In this document: positions 23,076 to 35,845 of the stretch, in pieces | How positions within the stretch are numbered: position 1 is the first letter of the stretch | Layout: each line of letters starts with the position of its first letter | NCBI RefSeq assembly: GCF_001194135.2 | Contig: NC_068981.1 | Location: 30,390,639 to 30,441,657, forward strand | DNA from: Octopus bimaculoides | Taxonomy: Eukaryota | DNA length: 51,019 nucleotides | Reading direction: 5' to 3' | Made by a program: the position numbers and the translations under genes | Notes under the pieces: generated by a model | The model's database searches: none | Told to the model about the DNA's origin: nothing | Seen by the model: the letters and a program-made list of their open reading frames with translations, nothing else

Positions 23076-23845
23076 CGAGGTGGTACCCAAAAGAAACCGG
23101 AATCTTGCAATATTATTTTATTCACTTAATTTTACATGTTTTCACTTTTATCGCCTTCAAAGTATTCTCTATGTGAAGCAATGCATCGGTCCAGACGCGT
23201 TGTCTACTGTTGGGAGCAGTGCTGGAACTCTTGCGAAGTGATGTTTTTTAATGCTTCTGTGGTTTTTTTCTTCACCTCTTCCACACCTGCGAATTCCGTA
23301 GCACCAGTTTTCGTTTGATCTTCTTCGAGCGAGCGAGGCACAAATTTTACTGAAACTCTTTTCATTCGCAATTCCTCGCTCAAAATTCGTTGGCAGGAGT
23401 TCCAGGACACACCAGTCATATCAACGAGTTCGTCAATTGTTCGGCGACGGTACTCCAAAATCAGTTCATGAATTTTTATGATGTTTTCATTCGTTCGGGA
23501 GGTTGACGGTCGCCCTGAATGAGTTTATTCTTCAAGCGATAAGTGACCATTCCTAAAGCGTGGAAACCACTCGTAAACTTGCATTTTGCTTATGACAGCG
23601 TCCTTATAAGCTGCCGAAGCCGCCGTTTTCCCCAGTAGGAAGCAGAATTTCACGGAATCACGCTGTTCCTTCCTTTCAGTCACCGCAAAAATCGATGAAC
23701 AGGGGTGATGCGCTGCAAAACAACGACACACCACGGAGCAGCACAACTGCTCTCGACAACGCCGAAATGGCTTCTAGCAGCGGAAACCTGAACTTGCTTG
23801 TCTCACAGAAAACGTTTCCGGTTACTTCTTTTGGGTACCCCCTCG
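23076..23845 (-). mobile_element. Internally deleted mariner transposon
   Basis: TA at both ends; TIRs cgaggtggtacccaaaagaaaccggaa / ttccggttacttcttttgggtaccccctcg. Transposase N-terminus EQRDSVKFCFLLGKTA...QVYEWFPRFRNG and TIDELVDMTGVSWNSCQRILSEELRMKRVSVKFVPR is fused directly to the C-terminus VEEVKKKTTEALKNITSQEFQHC; the DD34D core is absent. Confidence 0.93.
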
Positions 23846-24349
23846 TATGCATATGTACCTACCTACCTACCTACCTACCTACCTACATATATGCGTGCAT
23901 GCATGCATGCATACATACATACATACATACATACATACATACATACATACAAGCATAACATACAAATCTGCACATACATACATCCATTCAATCATACATA
24001 CATACATACATATATGCATACATACATACATACATACATACATACATACCTACATACATACAAACAAAAATACCCTGTTGTTGATGTTGAAATTCCAATG
24101 AAAGAGCCTTGGATCTAGGTTAGAAACCGATTCTTTCTATATTGGCAAGAAATCTTGAAATAAACTGAATAATGACATACATACATACATACATACAGAC
24201 AGACAGACATACAGAAATATATATGCGTAGAAATTTGTATGCATGCATTGATGTGGGATGTGGCGCATACTTGGCATGAAAGACAGTTAAATGAATTTAC
24301 AGTGAATTCTATCTCCAACATTAACGCCACAACTATCGGCCAAGTCAAA

Positions 24350-26560
24350 TAACTGGCTATGCTGATTACATTCATGGATGAAAACCTTTGTTGTTTGACA
24401 TCGTAGAGGCATTTGTCTCAAGCGTTGAGTTCGCTATGCTGAGATTCATTAGAAACAACACGGCTGAGATCAATAACATCAGCAACATCAGAGAAGAACC
24501 GAAGAAAAACAACTTTCATATAAAAGTTAAACAGAATCTTATTAGTTGTGGCAATGGAAGTCAGCGAAACTATAAAGGATATTTTTCTGTAAGTTATGAA
24601 ATCAATAAAGATTTCTGTAAGTGGTATAACATAGCAGAAAGATTCCTCTGCTGTGCGGAATGATAATATACTGGGAAGAAATTCGCCCAGAACTAAAATC
24701 CGTAACGAAAGAATTGTTCCTACAAGCAACATTTGTTGATGCACGCAATGTCTGGTTGATTGTAGTTTTATTCTCGAAGGTGTGAATCGTGCATAAATAA
24801 CAATAATAGAACCCAAACCGCGGAGACACATGCCGATACTAAATGTGACAACAAACCAATCTCTGACTGTGACTACGTTGCCTCGGAGTATGATGTATCG
24901 TTTATATCTAGTTGTTACTGACCAACGAGTCAATCACAATAATAAGTGCATTAGGAGCAGAGAATGCAAAATTCTATAAATAATTGAAATGTACCTTAAT
25001 GAAATATTTGTATATATGCCCTCACTACAAGACAGATCACATTTGACTAATATTGATAAGGGATGCACTGAGCTGTGATTAATAGTAAAAGCTGTGCATA
25101 TTTACAATTGAATATTGTCCATTGATTGTAGCAAACCAATAAATGCCTATTTATAAGCCTTCTCCCCAAGTGTTAAGTGGTTTCCTTAAGGTAATAGGAA
25201 GTAAACAAATCAGACAAGAAATGCTGTTACAGGTCTGCAAAATGTAAAAAAAAAAAAAAATAGAGATGATTCACAAAAACGTATCAAGGCTCTTCTTCAT
25301 TCCATCGATTGTCTGTGTCGGGTTGATGGTTCTGCATTTAAGCGAGCTAATTACATGTCCTTTACGCCTCCTCAACAAAAAGGATAAGAAATTTACTGCA
25401 TGTATAAATAACGACACAATTTCTCCTTGAAATATACTTTGCGATACGTTATCCTACTAGCAACAAAAGTCACATTATGTATTCAATTTCAGGATGGTGC
25501 TCCAAGTTGAAATTGGTTCTTAATGTTACAGAGTTTGGTCTCTGGAATTTTAGCAGGTCAAAGAAAAACGGAATCGAAGCTTGTTATCCTCTACTCGACT
25601 TAAATCATGTTCTTTCAGTTCTGCCGCTTCTCTCACAGCATAATTTTGTTGATTAGAAATTGTTCAATATATAGCCATTCAACAACATCTACAAACCATC
25701 ATGCATTAAAGTGCATCCATGGATCAAGTGTGCACACCTAAGACAAAAAGAATTCTAGGAGTTTGAGAAGAACTCCTCGGAAAGTAATACGCACAGACAG
25801 AAAGTGCAGTGCTCCACCGCAATCAAACATTTGTTGAAAAACTTTGATACTAATCAGGCGGAAGATAGAGTTGTTTATCTTAGATCAACAACTAACCTGG
25901 GATCTCATTTTTAAGGGTATGACTTGAAATCCAGGAGCAGGAAATAACAGTAAAATGCCAAATGCACATAAGGCATACGGATGCCGGCAAAAGTAGATGC
26001 GACAATCAGTTGTGGAATCAACGATGAAAATGTAATCCACATCATAAGTAAGTGTTCGAAAACTTCATCAGGATCTTATCTGTCTATGACGCATGATGTG
26101 GGTCATAACAGGACACAATACGAAGCGTAAACTGGATAAAGACTGACATATAATAATGTGGAAAGTATACTTATGATATGATTATGGTGGATTATTTCTG
26201 ACAAAATCTTTGTGAAACATATGCATAACAAAGCCAGACAGAAAATAAAAAAAAAATGCAAAGTAGTAGAAAAACAGTTGCCAAGCAGACGTTAGCTTAA
26301 TGTTAAACGGTAAAGAAAACAGAAACCATCTATGTCGAACTAATAAAAAATCTGCAGATACTACACCTGGGTTATTCCTTACATTTATACCTGTAATTAC
26401 TGGAGCACTTGATTATATAACTAATAATCTTGTTAATCTGGGATTCAAAAAACTAGACAAGGACAGGGTTAAGAAATTACAAGTCATTAATAAAACAGCG
26501 GAAATATGTAAAATGTTCCAGATATTTATCCTGTAGTAGATATAAAAACATTTGGAGTAC
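24350..26560 (+). mobile_element. Old R4/Dong-clade LINE remnant lacking a recognisable RT domain
   Basis: Motifs appear in order: YEINKDFCKWYNIAE, WEEIRPELKSVT and KIEMIHKNVSRL (N-terminal region); EIQEQEITVK; CGINDENVIHIISKC...HDVG (CCHC finger); HNK-PD and IPVITGALD...LQVINKTAEICK (restriction-like endonuclease). Many frameshifts; boundaries approximate. Confidence 0.65.
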
Positions 26561-28105
26561 TTGTTGCATTTCCTTCTTTTGTCCTATTAAAAGTGTACTG
26601 TCATACGCCACGGGATTTAAGATGGCTCTTCAGACTACATGTTATATTGCAAATCTCATGTTTTTGACAAGAAACATATGTATAACCATATAAAACAATA
26701 CAACACACACACACACACACGCACATGCATAAATAGTACCTATCTGCATGTATACATTCGTACAATGCACATGGTTAGCATCAAGACCATGATAAATCCA
26801 ATATACACGACTGACAAGAGTTCAGAAGAGAAGGAAGAAAAAAGAGAAAATTAACGAGGAGAATGTTTAATAGCCTTGTATCTGGTGGATGTAAATTTTG
26901 AATTTCTAAATGGCCGATCCGCAGTTTCAATAAGTTGTCTTCTACACATACCCTGAATATATATCGCATGCAAAAAGCGATAACTTTTATGTAATACATG
27001 ATAATAATCTGTAAGCGTATTTTTTCCTCTGGACTAGCTTTGTCATAATAGTGCATAAGATCAATATGTCACCATATCGTGTTAGCTCTTGTCACAAATG
27101 GAACTATTAAGAAATGATAAACGACATATTTATGAATTAAATGTGCTGAAGAGACGCTTGCTAAAGGTAACAACGGTCTTGCATGTTTGTATTTGATATG
27201 CAGTTAGCAAGTGACTAATTTCCTCTGCATTCAACTCTTTGCCCATCCATCTACGATTCTTCATTGCTTCCAACATAAATGTATACATTTGTACACGAAT
27301 TTATATACTGATATGCACGTGTACGTATGTATTTACATGTGTACATACACACATTTATTCACACACACACACACACATCTACGTGTGTGTGTGTGTCTGT
27401 GTTTGTGTGTGCGCGTGCGATTTATATTAAAACGACGAATCCAATGAGAGACGCTGGAGAACACGTTGAGGATTAACTTGAGAGTCTTCTAGTTCGCATG
27501 TTCCTATTTGCAGGGGAAAGGATTTCTGTACAAAAAAAGTGATGTTGAAGATGATGCAACATAGAAAATGATGAACTACATATGAATTAGTTGACAAACA
27601 AGTAGAATAGTTTAGAAGGAAAAGTAGACAGAAAGTTAGAAAGACAAATACAGAAAGATAATACATAATAAAAACGGATAGAATATTAGATAGGTACACA
27701 ANNNNNNNNNNNNNNNNNNNNNNNNNNNNNNNNNNNNNNNNNNNNNNNNNNNNNNNNNNNNNNNNNNNNNNNNNNNNNNNNNNNNNNNNNNNNNNNNNNN
27801 NNNNNNNNNNNNNNNNNNNNNNNNNNNNNNNNNNNNNNNNNNNNNNNNNNNNNNNNNNNNNNNNNNNNNNNNNNNNNNNNNNNNNNNNNNNNNNNNNNNN
27901 NNNNNNNNNNNNNGTTGCTTCACCAACATACCGAAAATTTAGAAATAGCAGTTAAACTACTAATTCTACTACAACAATATATCTCCAACAGATAGCGATA
28001 TTCGTGACTCATAGAAAAAAGAAGAAAAATAACAATGGTTTTTTTGCATACCGAACTACTTGGCAAAATTGTTAATTATTAATTTATTAATTAATTGACA
28101 ATTCC

Positions 28106-28154
<49 letters not shown>

Positions 28155-28159
28155 CTTAC

Positions 28160-28452
28160 CTGCATGGTTCTCCGTCGGTTACGACGATGAGTTTTGCAGT
28201 TAATTCGATTAATGGAACGGTCTACTCATGAAATTAACGTACCCTTAAAGTAGTTTTCGAGTATATTCAGCGTGTTACAGAGTGTGAAAGGCTGGCCGTT
28301 TAAATCACAGGTACAAAGTCGTTTTTGTCAGCTGAGTGGACTGGAGCAACGAGAAATAAAGTGTCTTGCTTAAGGGCTCAATGTGTCCCTGGGAATCGAT
28401 CACACAGCCTTACGATCGCGAGCCGAACACTTTAGCCACCAAGTCACACGCC
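28160..28452 (-). mobile_element. SINE with tRNA head, CORE-like domain and family-B 3' half
   Basis: Reverse complement reads gaaggcgtgtgacttggtggct...gatcgattccc...cttaagcaagacactttatttctcgttgctccagtccactcagc...cggccagcctttcacactctgtaacacgctgaatat. Confidence 0.7.
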
Positions 28453-28919
28453 TTCTCAAACTTACTCACACAGAAATATAGACATCTGTATATGTGTGAG
28501 TGTGTGTTTGTGTGTATGTGCGCGTGTGTAAATATACATTATACGTGCAGACGTGGACATATACATTTATCTGTGTGCATGCTTGTGGGTATATATGGTA
28601 GACATGCATCTGAGAGTGCGTCTGCACACGCGCGTATACATGTGTGTGTGCGCGTATGCGTGCACATTGAAGTAACGTGCGAAGTGGCTGAGTTTTCCAC
28701 ACACACCTCTAAAATAATTCTCACGTAGAATCAACAAGCCCGCCTGATGATTCTAGATCTTTGAAATTACAGGTGCATTCCATACAACGGGCTTCTACGT
28801 ACTTCTTTCTCAACCCTAAATTCTCTCACAGTACGACATAGACCAATCCGAAGAAACCACGCACTGGGATGAAAGTTTTTGAGGGCATGTGATTAAATCT
28901 GACTTCATTGCATTATATA

Positions 28920-29046
28920 CAGGGTGTCCACAAAGTCTAGGTACATGGGGATTAACACATACTTTAAGAAATTATTATTTCGTATATTTAATTGTTTATG
29001 TTATAATTTTATTTACTCTGTGTACCCAGACCTTGTAGATACCCTG
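28920..29046. mobile_element. 127-bp Tc1/mariner-type MITE
   Basis: TA-flanked imperfect 26-bp TIRs cagggtgtccacaaagtctaggtaca / tgtacccagaccttgtagataccctg. Confidence 0.85.
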
Positions 29047-29458
29047 TAGAAGCTGTGAAAACATACGCTTTGATAGAATGTCCATTTTAAACCCGTGACC
29101 TCCTCCGATAATCTTGTACTCAATGTCAATGGTAGATGAACTGGTGTATTGCAGAATAATTGTGTTGTGTCTCAAAGCATCAGAAACACGTGGAAAATAT
29201 TTGCTCCTTGTCAGCTCACTCCCACTTCTTCTCTTACTATGTTACCTTCCACTTTGTCTCATATTTAGATTCCAATAGATACATTTCCACCAATCCTTTT
29301 TCTGTAGAATCTAACAGTGTTACTGCTCAAAATGAGCCGTGCAAACTTCACCTATTTACACATGATTTCAGTTTATGTTTTAGGTAATCCCAGAATGCTA
29401 TGTTCATTGTGTTTCCTTCCTAGTCTGGCCAACAAAATGGCGATGACTTTACGTAATA

Positions 29459-29697
29459 CAGTAATCCCTCGCCATATCGTGGTTCACCTATCGCGGTTCA
29501 CCTATCGCGGTTCACCTATCGCAGTTTATTATTTAAGCTTACATCGATTCCTCCGTGGTGTTGTTTTGCATTTATAATAAAATGAATATATACAAGTTAT
29601 AAAAAATATACAATATAGTACTGTTTCTACTTCACGGATTTTCACATATTGTGGGGGTTTTTGGAACGTAACACCCGCGATAGTCGAGTGACTACTG
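29459..29697. mobile_element. pogo/Tigger-type MITE
   Basis: TA-flanked TIRs cagtaatccctcgccatatcg / cgatagtcgagtgactactg (CAGT...ACTG ends); internal (ggttcacctatcgc)x3. Confidence 0.8.
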
Positions 29698-30632
29698 TAG
29701 ACAACAAACATGAGACGCTTTAGGCGGTCTCTCAGTTTGCTAGAAATGGCAGTCAAATCTATCTCAAGCCATATTCTATTATTTAAAACAAAGGGCGAAA
29801 AAAAAACGGCTGAGATATTGGTCAATGCATTCCCTGGTATACATAACCGATAGTTGCGCATCGATGGGATTCCAATAAACACATATACGTACTATAAGAG
29901 TTAACTTGGTAATAAATAAAAACGAGAACAATAACTATGTATATATATATATATATATNNNNNNNNNNTGCACGAAAAAAATCCTGTGATTATAAACGCC
30001 TCGGAGAGAAACATTTAGAGGCTAAGTAACAATAGAATTGTAATTATGATCTAGTTGGCTTTGATTGCTAATTAGAGCAAAATCATGATCTATCGTTCGT
30101 TAGAATCCAGCAAATAACGCCACAAGCAAAAAAAAAAAAAAAAATGTCACAGAAAAAGCTACCACACCCACACACCACACGCGCGTATACATTTCAATAC
30201 CTTACGTAAAAGATTCTTACATTGTTTTATTTAAGATATTGAATAAAATGTGATTTTTCTCATATACATATAACGACATTATATAAATTGTGTAGGCATT
30301 GTGTGAAAGTCATGTATTTTTACATGAAAAGCGACTTAAAATATTGTCTATTTAATTACTTTAACTATTGTTTATGGTATTTCAGTGAAATCTCACTCTT
30401 TCCTCTATTCCTAGCCACAATTACGTCTATTTTTCTGTGTCTTCAGAATTGTTCACCGCCTGTTAGACCCTCATGTATTCATATAGACTAGAAATAGTTA
30501 CTTGTATACAATTCATTATATGGTATAATGCAACGCACTATAGAGTTCATTCAGTATTTTTGAAATGTCATACAGTGTTGTGTAGTGCAGTGTAGCCTTA
30601 CTGCGCAGCCAAATATTATAACAGTAGTGTTT

Positions 30633-31195
30633 AAGGCGGCAAACTGACGGAATTGTTGCCAAGCCGGATAAAATGCTCAGCAGCGTTTCTTCTGGCCTTA
30701 CGTTCTGAGTTGAAATGCCACCGAGGTCGATAAAATAAATGCTAATTAAGCAATGGGGTTGACGTGATCAACTATCCCTCTCCCTTAAAAGTTCGGGCCC
30801 AGTTACTATAGTAGAAAAGATTATGATAAAAGGCGGCGAGCTGGCAGAATCGTTATCATGCCGGACAAAATGTTTAGCAACATTTCGTTCGTCTTTACGC
30901 TCTGAGTTCGAATTCAACCGAGGTCGACTTTGACTTTCATCCTTTCGGGGTTGATAAATTAAGTACCAGTTGCATACTGGGGTCGATCTAATCGACTGGG
31001 CCCCCTCCCCCAAAATTTCGGGCCTTGTGCCTAGAGTAGACAAAGAACCGTTATCACGCCGGACAAAATGTTTAACGGCATTTCGTCCGTCTTTACGCTC
31101 TGAGTTCAAATTCCGCCGAGGTCGACTTTACTCTTCATTCTTTCGTGGTCGGTAAGTACCAGTTGCATACTGGGGTCGATGTGATCGATTTATCC
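30633..31195 (+). mobile_element. Cluster of three SINE family C units (30633-30790; dimer 30828-31195)
   Basis: aaggcggcgagctggcagaatcgttatcatgccgg...gagttcgaattcaaccgaggtcgac...; the second unit of the dimer starts at gaaccgttatcacgccgg. Confidence 0.85.
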
Positions 31196-31239
31196 TTCCT
31201 TCAAATTTTCAGACTTTGTAACCTATTAGTAGAATTATT

Positions 31240-31284
<45 letters not shown>

Positions 31285-31454
31285 TTTAGTATTGTCATTA
31301 TTTGGTCGTATGTCAGCTTTTATTGAACAGACTAATGATGAGTGTTCCAGCCTTGACTATCTCAGTTCATTGTATATCAGGCATTAACACGTCCAAGTAA
31401 CCGTCTATGTATAAGACGGTTGGAAGTGCTTTGAAGGAAGTGGTGACCGGTAAT

Positions 31455-31622
31455 GAAGTCACAATTTTAGCTCGGAAAAAAAGTCACAGGAAAAAGTCAT
31501 AATTAATTTATGCAATCCGGAAAAAAAAACCCTAGGACAAAACTCCCTCGGACATTCACGGACAAAATCCCTGTGACCTTTTTCCTGTGACTTTTTTTTT
31601 TACCTGTGACATTTTTTTTTTA
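31455..31622. repeat. Foldback-like array of short inverted units (ggaaaaagtcaca / tgtgactttttcc)
   Basis: ggaaaaaaagtcacaggaaaaagtca at 31474-31499 is near-complementary to tgtgacctttttcctgtgacttttttt at 31572-31598; ggacaaaa-ccc units lie between. Confidence 0.65.
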
Positions 31623-31627
31623 CTTGG

Positions 31628-31793
31628 ATAGGCGCAGGAGTGGTTGTGTGGTAAGTAGCTTGCTTGCCAACCACATGGTTCCGGGTTCAGTCACACTGCG
31701 CGGCACCTTGGGCAAGTGTCTTCTACTATAGCCTCGGGCCGACCGAAGCCTTGTGAGTGGATTTGCTAGACGGAAACTTAAAGAAGCCCGTCG

Positions 31794-31846
<53 letters not shown>

Positions 31847-31901
31847 TTGTGTCTGTGTTTGTCCCCCCAACATCGCTTGACAACCGATGCTAGTGTATTT
31901 A
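31628..31901 (+). mobile_element. SINE family A (runs into gap)
   Basis: ataggcgcaggagtggttgtgtggtaagtagcttgcttgccaaccacatggttccgggttcag... Confidence 0.92.
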
Positions 31902-32449
31902 NNNNNNNNNNNNNNNNNNNNNNNNNNNNNNNNNNNNNNNNNNNNNNNNNNNNNNNNNNNNNNNNNNNNNNNNNNNNNNNNNNNNNNNNNNNNNNNNNNN
32001 NNNNNNNNNNNNNNNNNNNNNNNNNNNNNNNNNNNNNNNNNNNNNNNNNNNNNNNNNNNNNNNNNNNNNNNNNNNNNNNNNNNNNNNNNNNNNNNNNNNN
32101 NNNNNNNNNNNNNNNNNNNNNNNNNNNNNNNNNNNNNNNNNNNNNNNNNNNNNNNNNNNNNNNNNNNNNNNNNNNNNNNNNNNNNNNNNNNNNNNNNNNN
32201 NNNNNNNNNNNNNNNNNNNNNNNNNNNNNNNNNNNNNNNNNNNNNNNNNNNNNNNNNNNNNNNNNNNNNNNNNNNNNNNNNNNNNNNNNNNNNNNNNNNN
32301 NNNNNNNNNNNNNNNNNNNNNNNNNNNNNNNNNNNNNNNNNNNNNNNNNNNNNNNNNNNNNNNNNNNNNNNNNNNNNNNNNNNNNNNNNNNNNNNNNNNN
32401 NNNNNNNNNNNNNNNNNNNNNNNNNNNNNNNNNNNNNNNNNNNNNNNNN

Positions 32450-33005
32450 CTTATTCTTTGTAAGCCTAGTACTTATTCTATCGTTCTCTTTTGCCGAACT
32501 GCTAGGTTACGGGGACGTAAATACACCAGCATCGGTTGTCAAGCGATGTTGGGGGGACAAACACAAATACACAAACACATGCACACACATACATATATAT
32601 ATATACATATATACGACGGGCTTCTTTCAGTTTCTGTCTACCAAATCCACTCACAAGGCTTTGGTCGGCCCGAGGCTATAGTAGAAGACACTTGCCCAAG
32701 GTGCCACGCAGTGGGACTGAACCCGGTACCATGTGGCTGGTAAGCAAGCTACTTACCACACAGCCACTCCTACACCTATCGTTGAAGTTATTTTCTTCTT
32801 TACTTGTTTCATTCATTGGACTGCGGCCATCCTGGGGCACCGCTTTGAAGGGTTTAATTGAACAAATTGACCCCAGTAGTTAGTTGTTTTTAACCCTGGT
32901 ACACTTATTCTATCATTCTCCTTTTTGCCGGACCGTTAAGGTAGGGAGACGTAAACAAACCAGCTCTGTTGTCAAGCGGTGCTGGTGATCAGGAGCAAAC
33001 ACAAA
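32450..33005 (-). mobile_element. SINE family A (32450-32779) plus an older 3'-half copy (32795-33005)
   Basis: Reverse complement of family A; 5' end ...cacacagccactcctacacctat. Confidence 0.88.
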
Positions 33006-33284
33006 CACATAGACGCACATGCATAGAGTATTGATAATACTCTATAATCAGTGGATTGAGCACCAGTGAAGACCTGGGGCCGATTTAATCATCTGTAATT
33101 CCTTTCCTGAAAATCAGATTTTGAGTGAGTCTGTATTAGAAATCAATATAGTCGGGATTCCAAGAGATTTCATTTGTTCCATTCATAACCCCATTGCTGT
33201 ATACGTCTACCGGCTGGCTGGCTGGTATAGCGTGGAGGGAGGACACGTTGCCAAACGTCTACTGCTGTTATTGGTGATGCAGCA

Positions 33285-33313
33285 TCAACTACTACTACTA
33301 CTACTACTACTGC

Positions 33314-33349
<36 letters not shown>

Positions 33350-33436
33350 AACTACAACCACCACTACCACCAGCACCGCCAACAGCAGCACGATGACTAC
33401 TACTGCTGCTGCTGCTGCTACTACTACTATCCACCA

Positions 33437-33494
<58 letters not shown>

Positions 33495-33651
33495 ACAATT
33501 NNNNNNNNNNNNNNNNNNNNNNNNNNNNNNNNNNNNNNNNNNNNNNNNNNNNNNNNNNNNNNNNNNNNNNNNNNNNNNNNNNNNNNNNNNNNNNNNNNNN
33601 NNNNNNNNNNNNNNNNNNNNNNNNNNNNNNNNNNNNNNNNNNNNNNNNNNN

Positions 33652-33707
<56 letters not shown>

Positions 33708-33768
33708 CACCACCACCTCCACAACTACAACCACCGCTACCACCAGCAACGCCAACAGCATCACGATG

Positions 33769-33800
<32 letters not shown>

Positions 33801-33893
33801 CTCCACAACTACAACCACCACTACCACCAGCACCGCCAACAGCAGCACGATGACTACTACTGCTGCTGCTGCTGCTACTACTACTATCCACCA

Positions 33894-33951
<58 letters not shown>

Positions 33952-33960
33952 ACAATTGTT
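33285..33960. repeat. (ACT/CAC/GCT)n compound triplet array with a ~155-bp higher-order unit
   Basis: The unit ...accagcaccgccaacagcagcacgatgactactactgc... is repeated at 33346-33500 and 33802-33957, with a variant at 33718-33780. Confidence 0.9.
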
Positions 33961-34149
33961 GCTGCGGGTGTCGTTGTCAGTGTCAACGTTAATTCTGGTT
34001 TTCGTTTCGGCTTTGGCTTTCATTACTGAAAGTTTTCTTTGCCAAAACCTGAAACCAAAAATAAAGTTTTGTTATAACCACATTTCTATGAACATCTTTT
34101 CTTCGCAACACGTCTCCCATCTTTCTCCCTTCCCCCTCTCTCTCTCTCC

Positions 34150-34190
<41 letters not shown>

Positions 34191-34598
34191 CTTATCACTC
34201 TCTCTACTTTTGTCTTCTTAACACTATCAGCCATTATTCACCAAAACAAAAACGAAACAAAACGTAAACTATAGAAAATGAAACATAAGTAAAATAAAAT
34301 GAAATAAAAATAAAAACAAAAACAAAAAATGTAATCACCTTCACATGAAAAGATGCACGCAAAACTTGAGGTCAAAATAAAGACATTTGGCACATCCTCG
34401 ATGTGCGTGAAACTGAGACAATGTGAGTAGATATTCATAGCATTTCCTTGAAGTAGCTTGGTGAGAGAAGCAAGCTTATCCATACTGCCAGTCATTTTCG
34501 GAAGCACAATAAGCTTGCTGAAGGCTTCGCAGAGGAAGGACAGAGTTATGTTGTATACATATATCTGCAACAAATAGTCTTATATTAATGTAGGCATT

Positions 34599-34698
<100 letters not shown>

Positions 34699-35221
34699 CC
34701 TCTTTTCTTCACATATGCAAGCACGCGCGTACACACACATATATNNNNNNNNNNNNNNNNNNNNNNNNNNNNNNNNNNNNNNNNNNNNNNNNNNNNNNNN
34801 NNNNNNNNNNNNNNNNNNNNNNNNNNNNNNNNNNNNNNNNNNNNNNNNNNNNNNNNNNNNNNNNNNNNNNNNNNNNNNNNNNNNNNNNNNNNNNNNNNNN
34901 NNNNNNNNNNNNNNNNNNNNNNNNNNNNNNNNNNNNNNNNNNNNNNNNNNNNNNNNNNNNNNNNNNNNNNNNNNNNNNNNNNNNNNNNNNNNNNNNNNNN
35001 NNNNNNNNNNNNNNNNNNNNNNNNNNNNNNNNNNNNNNNNNNNNNNNNNNNNNNNNNNNNNNNNNNNNNNNNNNNNNNNNNNNNNNNNNNNNNNNNNNNN
35101 NNNNNNNNNNNNNNNNNNNNNNNNNNNNNNNNNNNNNNNNNNNNNNNNNNNNNNNNNNNNNNNNNNNNNNNNNNNNNNNNNNNNNNNNNNNNNNNNTTTT
35201 TTTTCCTTCCTTCCCCCTCCC

Positions 35222-35288
35222 AAAAAGAAAAGCTCTACATTGTATTTGTCCCATCTTCGTTGAGCCCTGTGTGGCTAATAAAAGAAAT
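35222..35288 (+). mobile_element. 3' end of a second copy of the Tx1/L1-like LINE
   Basis: aaaaagaaaagctctacattgtatttgtccc...gagccctgtgtggctaataaaagaaat aligns with 4203-4262. Confidence 0.65.
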
Positions 35289-35329
35289 GTATCTACCTCT
35301 TTTCTTCACATATGCAAGCACGCGCGTAC

Positions 35330-35545
35330 ACACACATATATATATATGCACGCGTATACATTCATACGTACACACACGTGTGTGTATGTATATATAGATA
35401 TATATATAGATATATATATATACACAGACACACACACACACACGCACACATATATATATATACATATATGCATACAGACATATATATATATATATACATA
35501 CATAAAACACACATACATACACACATATACATTCATGCACACACA

Positions 35546-35596
<51 letters not shown>

Positions 35597-35599
35597 CTT

Positions 35600-35646
<47 letters not shown>

Positions 35647-35809
35647 GTCTGCCTGTCTATCTATCAATAAAATGTGAAGTAAACCGTATTTTGTAAATGT
35701 GTGTGAGTGTGTGAGTCTGTGTTAAATTAGTTATGTATCAGAGAGAAGGGGGGAAAAAGAGGGAAAAAGAGAGGTGTGTATGAATGAAAAGGTGAGAAAG
35801 AAAGGAAGT

Positions 35810-35845
<36 letters not shown>

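Noticed and set aside
24115-24933. Hydrophobic minus-strand frame (171 aa, stop, then 86 aa) resembling a GPCR or chemoreceptor
   Set aside because: No DRY or NPxxY motif, TM3 spacing is wrong, and the opposite strand carries ordered R4/Dong motifs, so it is best explained as an antisense shadow.
33346-33957. 155-bp higher-order triplet unit as a possible spacer-repeat array
   Set aside because: It straddles a gap, is composed of microsatellite, and has no unique spacers.
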